From the NCBI GenBank assembly GCA_030704615.1, contig CM060733.1, positions 59,768,001 through 59,832,000 of the forward strand: a stretch of DNA of 64,000 bases, given 5' to 3'. Position numbers and translations under genes: made by a program. Below, in pieces: positions 1 through 11,849 of the stretch. This stretch comes from Takakia lepidozioides (Eukaryota; Plantae; Bryophyta). Positions within the stretch are counted from its first letter, which is position 1. Each line of letters starts with the position of its first letter. A model generated the notes under the pieces. It was not told the origin of the DNA and did no database searches. It saw only the letters and a list, made by a program, of their open reading frames with translations.

Positions 1-3000
1 CTGCTAATGCAGCGGCTGCCGCCTGCTTCACACGGGTTGAACCAAGGGGGTCCTCTGCATCTGTCAAACTGCGGTCCTCCTGCAACCTCTGAGCACCATC
101 CTTACCTGCAAGTGCCATCTAAACCCCTGCTTAGGGAGGAAGGTCAATCACAACCCACATTTCCTCAGGCCTTACATTGACAAGTGCTCGGTCAAAAGCT
201 GGTTATAGGTTCAAGAATTACCAGAGTTTCCCTCTCCACCCGTAACCTCCACATCTTTCTTCGAAGCTGCATCAGTGTCTGACGCAGGCAACGTCATCCC
301 TGCCGAAGCAGATTCACCACTGCCTAGCTTGGGGCCCTCAACCCCACTTTGCAACTCCGCATTTGATTGGACTACCCTGCCAACTTCAACATCGCAACCA
401 GTTGGAACTTGCCTTACATATGTGTGCAACAAAGTCACCAACCAATTATGGATCAAAGATACACACAAGGAAACATGATCTAACACCAGCTTACATAGCC
501 TGGCAATCTAAGCTCCAGATTGCAACTCATTGAGCCATGAACAGGTCCAACACAACAAGTGAACTGGTGCAATGAATCTTGGATCATTGACTTTCAGACA
601 TTCCGTGCTTTGAGAATTCTGTTTCAATATAACATGGACCACATGTAGAAGGACCATACTGTTTGGGTCTAGTTGAGGACTTACAAAGTCCTTCTAGCTG
701 AATGTCCCCTGGTACTAATTAACTTGGACAGGTCAAAAAACTTCCAAACAACTTGTTTGGGTGGCAAAAACACTTTCATGGCAGAATCAATGCTCATCTT
801 AGCACTCGGTGACCCAACAGGAAGCCATCCCTTTCAAAGCTAGTGGGAGCAAAAGCTGGACCGAGGAATAGGTTAAAAAACTCCCATATTTACGGCTTGT
901 GCTGCATGGTAAAGCTAATGATATGATCGAGCTCAGCAGTAAGAGGTGATAGGCTAAAAACCTGTCAGGAGAAGGACCACTTTGTGAGTTGGCTTCGACC
1001 TGAGGACCATCCAAAGTGATTGCAGTGCCTGCGGCCAGGCGAGGTGCAGGATCCTTATCTGACAGCACTGCCAATGCTGCCTGTGCTGCAGCTGCAGCTA
1101 CACGTGGCCCAACCATAGCGGCAAGAAATGCAACCTACAAAACTCAACAGACACCTGATCAAACAAGCAAGTTTGGGGTATCCCCACGAGCATTTCAGAG
1201 TATGCCAAACAACTTAGCAAAGTTATGGTAAAACCAATGTCCTGTACCTGATGAAGTGGCTATCTAGGAAGCTCGTGAGTACACTACCCATCAGGAAAGG
1301 AAAGTATACAAGGGTGAAACACTCCACAGCAAATCTTGTATGACTCCAATACACACCTGGGCCATAACGGGGTTGCCAGCATCTGCGAATGGTACAGGAC
1401 TGTGTGATGCGGATACTCCGTTGGTAGCCTCAGCAGCAACCTTGCCACTGAGTTCCTTCCCCTTGTCTGTGACAGAGCTCTTATCTAACGAGGACTCCAC
1501 CTTATGCTCTCCTTGCAAAAGGCTGGCCGTAGTTGTTTTGGAGGGTGAAGAGGGGGCAGTGAGTGCAGTGCCAGGAGTCTCCATCTCTTCCAAGAAAGGG
1601 TCCTCAACGGGCAGACGGATAAAATGCAGAATGCACTGAGACTTGGATTTGGTAGCCACATGCTCTGCAATTTCATTCCAGTTGTCACCATAAATCTCCA
1701 GTGCCTCCAGCAGCAGTAGGGTTTCCTGGTCTGTCCAACCCCCACCATTTGCATTGGCTGCCTCTGTAAAAGCATCCATCCTCATGAAATCTGTAGACAC
1801 CATGTCGGGCCCAAACTTCCCATCGTTGTAACAGTCTGGGCAGAGATCAAAATCTGCCTGCTCACCCACAGATAAAATACGGTCAAAGGAGCGGCTCTCC
1901 AGAAGGCCCTAACTACTGTGCACTCACTGGGTTACTCTGTTCAACTCTTCCAAGCAGGTCAGTATGCCGTCCCCTAAATGACAAAAGGTGACCAGTCCAT
2001 GAGCACAGACAGCATAACATAAATGTGCCATTGAGGCATGTTTGCAACAATGCTTTGCAAAACTGGCAACATCACACAATCTTCATACCCAAATTTCGAC
2101 CTAACCCTAATTTGGTGATAATGAGGTAAGTTGGGAACAGACCTGCTTCTGGCAATGATAACGTTGCTTGGAGCAGTCAGCAGAGCAGGAATTGCAGTGA
2201 TACTCAACTGAAGATCCATCAGGCTCGGCAAGAACTTCTGAGATAATATTATCTATTGACTGGGGGTTGACAGTGCTATGCCTGGGCACAGGGGCACGAG
2301 GTGCATCAAACTGGTACAAGCTCGCTCCAGTTTGTGGCACAGCTCGCAGCATGCCTGACACATCCTCCTCTACACTAGGAGACCGGCCTTTCCACACAGG
2401 AAGCCAATCTGCAGGCACCTGGTAATTTATGAGACCCCAGTGGTCCAAGAATTCTATGATGCGCTGTACTCCTTTCTCTTCACCGCTAAGCTGCCCTTGC
2501 ATGTCTGCAATGGTTAGCAACTGTTGTGGGTCATCCCTATACTTTCGTAGTATCGCATTCCTGTACTCCAAGTAAATTTCTGGTGTCTTTGTCTTGGATT
2601 TTCCATTGAAGAACTCTGGCAACCCTCGGCGCTCCAGCGTGTGTATTTTCGTCCATGCAAACCAGCCTGGCAACACAACATAAGGCAGCACTCATCATGA
2701 AGGAACCCAAACAGACAACAACATATGAGATACTTGTTCATGATTAGAGTCTGTTCTCACCTGCATGGCTGGGGATTGTATGCAAAACTTGTGTGGGCTC
2801 CGGCAGTCTGGTATTTGGCGCAGCCAAGGAAGTTTGGGAAGTTGAGGCTACCCCCTTATCTGACAGAGGACTGTTCGCTGCAAACCCTAAAGGATCGGCA
2901 CCAGCTCGTTTTCTTGTGGAGGGAGAAGCTCCTTGCTGGCCTCCGGCTGTAACTGAGTTCACCTGCAGCTGCCCATGCGATATGTTCTCGATACTGGGTG

Positions 3001-3406
3001 TCGACTTTTTCGACTCCTCACTCTCTCTTTCAACCCCTCCTAGTACTGCCTGCTCTGCATGGACAACTGCTGCCACTGACGCATGGGGCTGGCCTACCCG
3101 TTGCTTGACCACTTGGTGATCTACGGCCAAAGATTCACTCTTGCCAGGGACAACCTCCACAGGTTCGCCATTCGCTGCCAAGGGAATGGGAGAGTCTTCT
3201 CTTGACGGTCTTTTGCTGGGAGCAGGCGACACAGGAGGAGAAGTGCGTTTCCGCTTCAGCATTCCCCCTTTATTTGCCGCACTGTCTGCAGCCTCAGGGC
3301 CCTCCTCGCCACTCTCTGGCGGTTGGCTTCCCTTTGCAAGCTTCGCTACTCCAGTCGGCTTCAGCTTTATCTTAAGCCCTGCAGTCGTGCCCCCGGCTAT
3401 GGGCAT
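1..3406 (-). CDS. SWI3D: SWI/SNF chromatin-remodelling subunit SWI3D-like (SWIRM + ZZ zinc finger + SANT + SWIRM-associated); 3' end lies beyond the left edge of the window
   Basis: Spliced exons at about 3406-2759, 2666-2142, 1857-1357, 1133-961, 377-222 and 107-1 with GT-AG ends. SWIRM (GWFAWTKIHTLERRGLPEFF...FLDHWGLINY), ZZ finger (YHCNSCSADCSKQRYHCQKQ/ADFDLCPDCY), SANT (WTDQETLLLLEALEIYGDNWNEIAEHVATKSKSQCILHF), then PFADAGNPVMAQV-AFLAAMVGPRVAAAAAQAAL. Confidence 0.93.
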
Positions 3407-4339
3407 TGTCGCCGTTAGTCTCGAGGCTACAATAAGCCAGCAGACAGACCCACAACAGAACCAGATGGATTATGCCCCTTTGCTCACATCAGATCAAACA
3501 CAATGACCATCCAGCACCAACACATCGTCGCTAGCTTCCGCACACAACAACAGCCTGAACCGTGCAACCGGGATCAAACTGTCTACACACAATGCGGTTT
3601 CTCAATCCCAGCCTACGGTTTCAGATTCCCGTGGTAGGTCCATCGCAAGGGGCAGCATCGGAGCTCAGCAACCCAGTCCAAGCTGACAGCGGGAGGGGAA
3701 AGACCCACCACCAGGTGCAGGAGCAGGCTGACGACGGGCAGCCATCACCGAGTTGGGAGCAATCTCTCCGCCTCACTCCGCCACACTTGAATGACTTGAT
3801 CCTTCTCCTCGGCTCTGCATGCATCAGACAGATTACCCCCGCACTTCTCCTCAATGCAGTACAAACAGCAACGCACCTACACCTGAAGATCCTCCACCAC
3901 CACCACCACCATCTTCCAGCCCGGCAGCTAAGTAGCAACCTGTGAACCTCACTGTCTTCAACAAGACGTGTGTTGTTTTGTTTCGGTGCACTATTGCACT
4001 CACTCACTCACTCACACCTAGCCTGTGACATTTATACGCCCATCCTTTTTTAGTTTTGTTTGATTTCTCTTACCAATCACATTGTGGTCAATTGTTACTC
4101 GGACTTATCTCCTTTTACTATTAGTTACAGGGCCTCCTTCCCATTTAGTAAAGTAAAAAACACAAAGACAAAAACCCATGAAGCAAAGATGGCAATTTTC
4201 ACCCAACTTAAAGTCCCTTTATCAGGGTTGAGCTGCTCACATCCTTTGCTTCTATTTTTGTTTGTATGGATGGAACCAGCATCTGAGGCATCTATCATCT
4301 CCGTATAGAGGCAATGAAAAGGTTTGAAACCTTGTACAT

Positions 4340-4570
4340 CGCGTGGTAGCTTAGCTGGTAAGTGGAGAGTATGTCATCCTGGTGGTTTGGGGTCAAACCT
4401 GCTGCCTTGCACTGTGTGTGGATTATTCATGGCGGTTTGCGTGGGCATTGTTCGACTTGTGTGTCTCATGGCCCATAAATGAAAGAGGGTTGATTTTCCC
4501 CCCTCCTCAAGGGGTGTAAATTGTGGGTAATCGCTCCCGGTTTCATTCTTAAGAAAATTATAAAAACCAA
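4340..4570 (+). mobile_element. Degenerate tRNA-derived SINE-like element
   Basis: A-box-like TAGCTTAGCTGGTA and B-box-like GGGTCAAACC at tRNA spacing, followed by a non-tRNA body and an A-rich end. No full cloverleaf. Confidence 0.5.
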
Positions 4571-5103
4571 TTACTCAGCACAGATATGCCAAAAGTTATT
4601 CATGTGTGGCATATCTGTTACTACGAGCAAATTGGACCTCAGAAAATAAAATGGAATATCTGTTGCAGATTCCCTCTTTTTCATGGATGAAATCGCCAAA
4701 CTTCTCCAAATAAAAAATAAATTATGGATGAATTCGCCAAATATGGATGATGTAATTGGAGTAAAGTACGGAAGTGGACGATTCTGTCCTAATGTCAATG
4801 GATGAACAGAATGTATGGCTACTTTTTGGAAAACTCTGTAGCCACTCGAGCTTTTTTCCAAATTTCAGAAAAAAAAAACACTGGTTACTACCTAGACTTC
4901 ATCCTATCAGATTTAAACATTATATATTTTGGATAAATGTATATGTTTATTGAGTGGTTCCTCTTTGATTTTTGTAGTGCAACCTAGGGCCTTCATGTAC
5001 ACTTCCATAGTACCTTCACCCCCTAATATGGTAGTACTTTCATGTATATTTGTTGCAGTGGATCAAGAGAAAACAATGCATCTGGTACTTACTACTTCCA
5101 TAA

Positions 5104-6025
5104 GAGGTTGGGTAGCGCATGCTCACATGAGCAGAGGAGGATATGTCACATACTCCAAGAATATTCTTAAAAAATGCTTGCAAAAAGCGAAACTAAAATG
5201 TGAAATTTGTGCTCACGTGAGCACAAGCCACACAAAGTTGGGGCATAAGTAATTTCCCGTCAGTGCCATCTCCATCAACACTTTTCATTGATTAATAGTT
5301 GCATATTTAATCATGTGTAGTTGACACTCGTAGCAATCAGTAATATGCAAAACTAGACAACAATTCATTCTGTTTCACCCACAAAAGCGTGGGTAATGAC
5401 CTACTGCAATAAGCACGTAACAATTCGGTAGCAAAATAAAACAACCTCACGTCGTCCCTTATATGCAAAACCAAACACAACTCATTTTGTTTTGCCCACG
5501 AATCCATTGGATAATGACCTACACAATGATACCTTGAAATTTCACTGGCGAAACCCGATACCTTGATTTATTGCTGGCGAAACCCGATACTTTGATTTAT
5601 TTCGCTGACGATCAAACTCGATACCTTGATTTATTTCGCTGACGAAACCCGATACCTAGATTTATTTCGCTGGCGCACCCGTTGTTTGCCTCATTATATT
5701 AAATTGTTCAATTATGATTTGGTATTTGTGTGTTTTGGATGGTGTTGGTTATTGTGACTTTGTTTTTCCCTAATGTTATTTCTTTGTGGGATACCAAAGC
5801 TGTAAATATTTGGAAATTGGAACTTATAGATATACATTATGATTTCACATTAGGGTTTAGGGTTTAGGGACAAAAATAAGGACAAAAATAGGCACAAAAA
5901 CCCTATTTAGTGTGTAGGAACCATATTCACGTGTAATATGTTTCTGTGGAAATTATTGCCGTATTTTTGTGCTCATGCCTCCATTTTCCTATGCTCACCG
6001 GTGTGCTCACGTTCTACCAACCCCC
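5104..6025. mobile_element. Non-autonomous Mutator-like element (MITE-like)
   Basis: 9-bp direct repeat CTTCCATAA at 5095-5103 and 6026-6034. Imperfect TIRs GAGGTTGGGTAG / CTACCAACCCCC and subterminal GCTCAC/GTGAGC motifs at both ends. Confidence 0.65.
5527..5680. repeat. Minisatellite, about 5 copies of a 29-34 bp unit (TTGATTTATTTCGCTGRCGAAACCCGATACC)
   Basis: Head-to-tail copies read directly from the sequence, inside the Mutator-like MITE. Confidence 0.85.
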
Positions 6026-6297
6026 CTTCCATAATCGCAATTAAAACAAACCATGTTCTTTAGTTACCATCATTTGTTTGACATATCCAATCTGCCAACA
6101 TGTACTAGTCACCATTTGGCTTTTCAAAGAAGGATGTAATAAAATTGGGCATCTTCAAGCTTCCTATTTTGTTGGGACTATTCCTATATTATAGTTTGTA
6201 GCTAGGTTATTCTACTTCTAGTATATAACTCTTTCAATGCAATCTCACTTGACATCCTTATCCCAATAGATGGATCTATCATGGGGACAATCAAGTC

Positions 6298-6592
6298 CAG
6301 TGTTTTTTTTGTTTTTTCTATGGCAAAAATTCGTTAGATTTCGACCTGGAAAATCGGTCAGCTACTTGTACAAAGGAATTATGGGGGGTAAAATCTGAGA
6401 TTTTCGCCAAAAAGCACCAGTAGATGAATATCAGGAGCCTAATTTTGCCGACGTGGACCATTTACAACGTGGCACCTGGAATATGACCACCCTTCTAACC
6501 CTGCCATCTTATTATTCTCGCCACATGGGCACTGGGTAAAATTCACAGGTGGCCCTGCCTGCGATTTTGGAAAAATGAAAAAGAAAACACTG
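6298..6592. mobile_element. hAT-family MITE
   Basis: Termini CAGTGTTTT...AAAACACTG with an 8-bp TSD ATCAAGTC (6290-6297, 6593-6600). Related copies at 37722-37940 and 50581-50660. Confidence 0.85.
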
Positions 6593-7140
6593 ATCAAGTC
6601 CAATATGATAGTCAATATGAAGCATGATCCACTAGATGGCCCCATGGTGGTGTCCTTTGTACAAACGATATTGGATGAAATACACATAAGTTTTAGTTGC
6701 ATATTTTCTTATTTTTTCAAAAACAAATGCAAGGGAATATAAATTAGTAAAATATTAAAAATATTAGAAAAATATTGCCCTCCGAATCAGTTGTCATAAG
6801 GCATCCATCAAGACATGGAGACTGCCTATATGCTAAAACAAACAATAGGTTTTGTCGAAAAATGAAAGGAATAATAAAAGAACTTAATGCACATGTGCAA
6901 TCTGACTATACTTATTATTAGATATTTTAGAATGAAAATGTTTATTATGCAACTATGAGTAGTCTATTGGTAGGGTGAGGGTGATAGTAGCTATGAGGTG
7001 CACATAAGGTTTAATTCCTGATGGATAATAATTGTGTCATCCGGTGTTTGGTGTAACTTCTTCCTAGTATGTTTTCAACTTAATCAAATTTCGTAACACT
7101 AAGTGGGAGTGCTTTACCAATTAAGATAATTGGATTTATC

Positions 7141-7366
7141 AATCCACAAGCCATCATTAGCCTTGCCTAGTATATCGTTGGTTATCTCAATCCATGGTCA
7201 ATCTAGGATGAAGTACTAAATCAACCACCATCCATCTTTAGCACTGCTAGATTTAATCCACAAGTCATCATTAGCCTTGCCCATTATTACATTGGTTATC
7301 TCAATGCATGGTCAATCTAAGCACCACCCACCTTGGATGAAGTACTAAATCAACCACCATCCATCT
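7141..7366. repeat. Tandem duplication of a roughly 115-bp unit
   Basis: AATCCACAAGYCATCATTAGCCTTGCC...GGATGAAGTACTAAATCAACCACCATCCATCT occurs twice. Confidence 0.8.
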
Positions 7367-8648
7367 CTGCTAAGTTAATATCATGGTCTAAAACCGTTAT
7401 ATCCAACAGATGAAGATAGATGTATATGATAAATTGTTGGTAAGAGAAAGTTGACAGCTTCTTAGTTCTTCTACCAAGTTGTATTGTTATCATCTATCAT
7501 CTACGCTTTTAAACCGTTTGTGGAGATGAGCTTGGGAGCTCGTGAACTGAAATGGCTTACATGGAAGCCACAACATCAAATCATCCGCACCCTCCTCTCA
7601 TGCACCACTCTCATGCAAGGAATGCAAACCATCCCAAGCCACAAAAGTGTATGCCACAAAAGGAGTGGCAACCCTTTGCAACTTTGGAATCATAGCTTTA
7701 GTCCGTGCCCAGATTGGGCAAAATTTGGATGGAACACGAGGGAGTGCCATGTCCAAGAAGAAAGTTGTTCACTCACCTTCTCCTCCATGACTTGCGACTA
7801 TTCAATATCCTGTCTCAGAGCCTTGCCCCGATCCTGCTACTGCTGCATTGAAAAGTATGATTACAAGGTGTAGTGAAGAGGTAGGGATGAACTTTGTTAA
7901 GAGGGCTTGGAATCCATGTCCTCCCACCACCATGCCTTTCACATGGCCCTTGTTGTTTGTTCACTGGTCCACTTGAATAGCCCCTGTCCGCGTGAGAGGC
8001 TTTGTACGCCTCCTCACCAATGCCAAACTCTTGGGACTTCATGCCCTAAGAGGTGAGTCATATCCAAACACATAGCCAGTCTTTCCACTTTGGAGGTTGA
8101 GAGGCATTCAAATAAGCCTCTGGTATGAAATTTCCCTGCAAAATGGCAACATCCATACCGCCCGGTGCTAGGTACACCACGTCCATGGTCTCTCTCAAAC
8201 CCACATCGCTAGGTATCACCACCACACACCTCGTCACTCTTGAACAACGTGCCGAGCTGTCATTACCAAAAGTTGCGAAGAGAAGAAGAACCCCGTACCT
8301 AAAAATGTATCATCGTCCTCTCGTGATATGTGAACTATTTTGGTGACAATTTTGATGGATCAATTTATGATATTTTGGTGACGAAACTATGGTGAGATTT
8401 GGTGAAGAATTTAATTTAAATTTTGAATATATTAATTAAGAATTTCATGTTTGTAACATTGTATTTCAAACTATAAATATATACGCAGTGTGTGTGTGCC
8501 TTATGGCTTAATTGGGGTTTTAATTTTTTCCCCTTAATAATTTATGAATAAAATTAATCAGATAATATACCCTGTTCTGGGAATATATATATATATAATT
8601 AATTAATTTACCATTGAAAAATAAACAACAATTTCTTAATTCTACAAA

Positions 8649-9800
8649 ATGGGAACATTTAATAATGACTTCATAGATGTAGCTCTTAAAAAACTGCATT
8701 TACGATGTAATTCTTCATATCCCTATATCATTGGTGATTGTATTTTTTATTCGATTTCACATTTCTTCCGATATGCACAATCTTCATTATCAATAAGACA
8801 AAATAGCATGCAATATTTAAACCAATGTCTAATATTAAATACACCTAAAGCTCAACAATGTTGACTCAAATGAATTGAACCTCGAAATTTTCCTTTGATT
8901 TATACAATGGTGCCGCTTGTAATGAGAATGATTATGTCGTGAAAATGTCGCTAAGTGCTACTTCAGGAGGTTTGTGGGGGGATTTCACTGCAATATCTTG
9001 GATATGTGATTATCTTAAACGACCCATATACGCATTGTCTAAGATTCGCACAAAAGAAAATTTGTACTTGTTAAATCGTTTGGAATCAAAGAATTTTCAA
9101 GTTGATAAGTCGGTACTTGATGACATGAAAAGGTTGCGGACATCGGCTAAATACGAATTAACCATACCTATTCTCAAACACCTTAGAGGATCATATCTTA
9201 TTGTGCAATCATTAAATACTCGATCACTTCAACAACATCATGATGATATAACAAAAGATTATAACCTTCAAACATCTCATATTTAACGAAACCCGCATAA
9301 ACAATTCAACAAATTGGGTCACATTTTATAAATACTGATAAATTTAATGTTTTATCTTGTTACGATAATCATGTCGCACTGATAATGTATGATAAAAATC
9401 TGACTTTGTCACCCATGAAATACGCACACATAATGGTACTGAATTTATTGCAGCTTCATTGAACTTCAATACACGAAAAGCATTACATGTCATAGCAATA
9501 TAAACCTCCAACAATGCACTTAGAAGATTTCCTTCACATTTTGACAAATTCTACATCAAAGCTCCTCAATCTTGTCCCATGATTTTTATTGGGGATTTCA
9601 ATGTAGATATGTTGCAACTATCCCCCGAATCCAAGAAACTCCAAGATTATCCGATAGTACAACAAATTATGATTCTCAAATAGACCAGATATGGACCAAT
9701 GCAAATTGTTAATGGTTGTCAATCAAGATGCACATAAGCATATATTGGACGGACCATAAACCCATATACATTGCATTTAAATTACCTGATCATCTTCATA
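8649..9800 (+). mobile_element. Degenerate, internally deleted Helentron-like (endonuclease-encoding Helitron) remnant: OTU protease + PIF1-helicase C-terminus + AP-endonuclease
   Basis: OTU-like IIGDCIFYSISHF..SIRQNS and LWGDFTAISWICDYLKRPIY. Helicase motif-VI-like YALSKIRTKENLYLL. EEP motifs QSLNTRSL, MIFIGDFNVD (about 9580-9610), SQIDQIW and WTDHKPIY (about 9746-9770). Multiple stops and frameshifts. Confidence 0.7.
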
Positions 9801-10739
9801 TTTACCATTTTTCTGACACAAATTCAACGTTTTTCATTACCATGATTTATCTTTGCTCGTGGCATTAAAGAAATTAAATTTATATAAATATTATGACTTT
9901 TAACTTACGATTTTTCATAAACAATAATCTTGCAGACAGTATAATTTGTTGATTTGGCTCTCAATAACATAAAGTACATCACTTTTGGTGCAATAGACTT
10001 CATAATTTGGTGGAATCGTTTTTGGTATAATTCATCACCGCCCCCCAGTAGCACTCATCCCCTAGTAATCCAGATTTCACAAATCATCAGCAGCTTGATG
10101 TCACTGCAGCTGCTGGCAGCACAACCATACCTCTGTTGTCATTGTCCTTATTAGCGCTTCCCAAAACAAAGATTATGCACACAAATCTTTTCACCACCGT
10201 GGCAAGCTCATCCTCCAGCCAGCTCAAGTCACAAATCATCAAGGCCATGACAGCACCGCTCTCTCCTTTGGCAGCAGCGCAAATTACCAAGGCGTTGCCT
10301 TCCTAACTATCTCTTATCTTCCTATATTACTACTAATCAACTCAAGCCTTAGGACAAAATCAAGAGGTTGACAAAGTAGATTCAGCAACCCAGAGCTCCC
10401 CGCTCTGCCCATTCCTTTGCCCGCAACATCAGCCTTGATTCGCCGCCGACATTCGTCTCCCCTTCATTCTAGGATATCATCATCAGCGAATGATATACGT
10501 CGTTTCCACGAATGAAAAATACACAGGGTTTTATCAGTCAAATAGAAAAAACTTTAACATTTCTTCACTGGACGGATAATGCTTCTCATGCATTCACATT
10601 ATAAATTTTAGAGAATGGTAAAACCCCCCACCCATTCACACTACATATGTAGTGTGTCTCCATTTTTAAGTGTCAGGTCCTCTTTGACCATGCGTGCAGG
10701 CTGAGCAATTTATATCGTTGGTACAAACAGCTTCAGATC

Positions 10740-11460
10740 ATGTCTGCTTCTTACCGACTCTTTTCCTGCTCCATCCTTCAGCTTGCATCGACGTCTTGCT
10801 TCTTAACAGATATACTGCAAACCTTGATGATCGTGAGTATTTGTGGGACATTGCTCTCAAGTGAACGAAGTGAAGGAGTACCCATTGGTTTGCTAGCGAC
10901 TGGATGTGAAAACGTTGGAGATGAGTCAAGATATAGTGTTGTTGAGTTAAAGTTATAGTGTAGGCAACACTATTACTAGAAACTTGAGTACCCAAGAAAT
11001 AGTGAAATAGTCATTTCATAGGTGGATTGTAATTTATTCTTTGTGTTCAAGAGAAAAGAGAGGGAGATCATCACAAAAAAAAAGAAAAAAAAAGACATCA
11101 TCCACATACAAAGCTATCATGAAATGATATAAAAAAGCTTGATATGTACATTAGAATTGGAGTGAGTCCAATGGAAGTTAACACCGTGAAGATCAATGTC
11201 AATGCGCTCGTACCACACTCCACGAGCTTGTTTAAGGCCATAAAAGCTATGGAGTAACTGACAAACCTTGGTTTCCTGGCAAAGCATTTAGATATATACA
11301 TATAAAATTTCTTCTTGTAATATATCATGTAAGAATGCAATTTTAATATCCATTTGATGGATCTCCCAATTTAGATTGCAGCTAAAAGTTAGCAATTTGT
11401 ACGCACAAAGGTAATCTTAACAAGGGAGAAAATGTGTCGACATCAAGATGGGGTGGGCAT
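10740..11460 (-). mobile_element. Ty1/Copia reverse transcriptase remnant
   Basis: Minus-strand translation DTFSP...WEIHQMDIKIAFLHDILQEEILY...KVCQLLHSFYGLKQARGVWYERID...STYEMT...FLGTQV...ITLTQQHYI. Confidence 0.85.
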
Positions 11461-11849
11461 ATGTACCCTACTCCATATGCTCATACATCCATCGAGTTCG
11501 CAAATAGCGGAGGCATTTTCTAGGCTACCCCAATATCAACACATTCGTGGAACTTCGTTTTGTGGATTTTTTTACAAGCGCCCCAAAAGACCAAAAGGAA
11601 CTGCATGCTCAGAGAGGGGCTTCAAGCTCCACCCTTTTGCTCCTACATGTCTGCAAAGTCTATTTGGTGCAATTAACAGATACATTGTGTGTCCAGATCC
11701 TGTCGTTCTGCCTAGGGCAACAATTACCTCTTACACTTTTATGTTGAATGTAGGTAGGGATGATGATCCACATGGCCGTCTTCTAAAGAGGAGCATCACC
11801 AACAACACCAAATCCTTCTTCACGCCAAGCATCAATCCCTAAAAATGGT

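Noticed and set aside
5527-5680. CRISPR-like array of about 30-bp repeats
   Set aside because: The units are head-to-tail with no unique spacers, the context is eukaryotic and there are no cas genes. It is a minisatellite.
7484-8346. Short ORFs in a moderately GC-rich intergenic block
   Set aside because: No recognisable domain, termini or splice pattern. Probably old TE debris.
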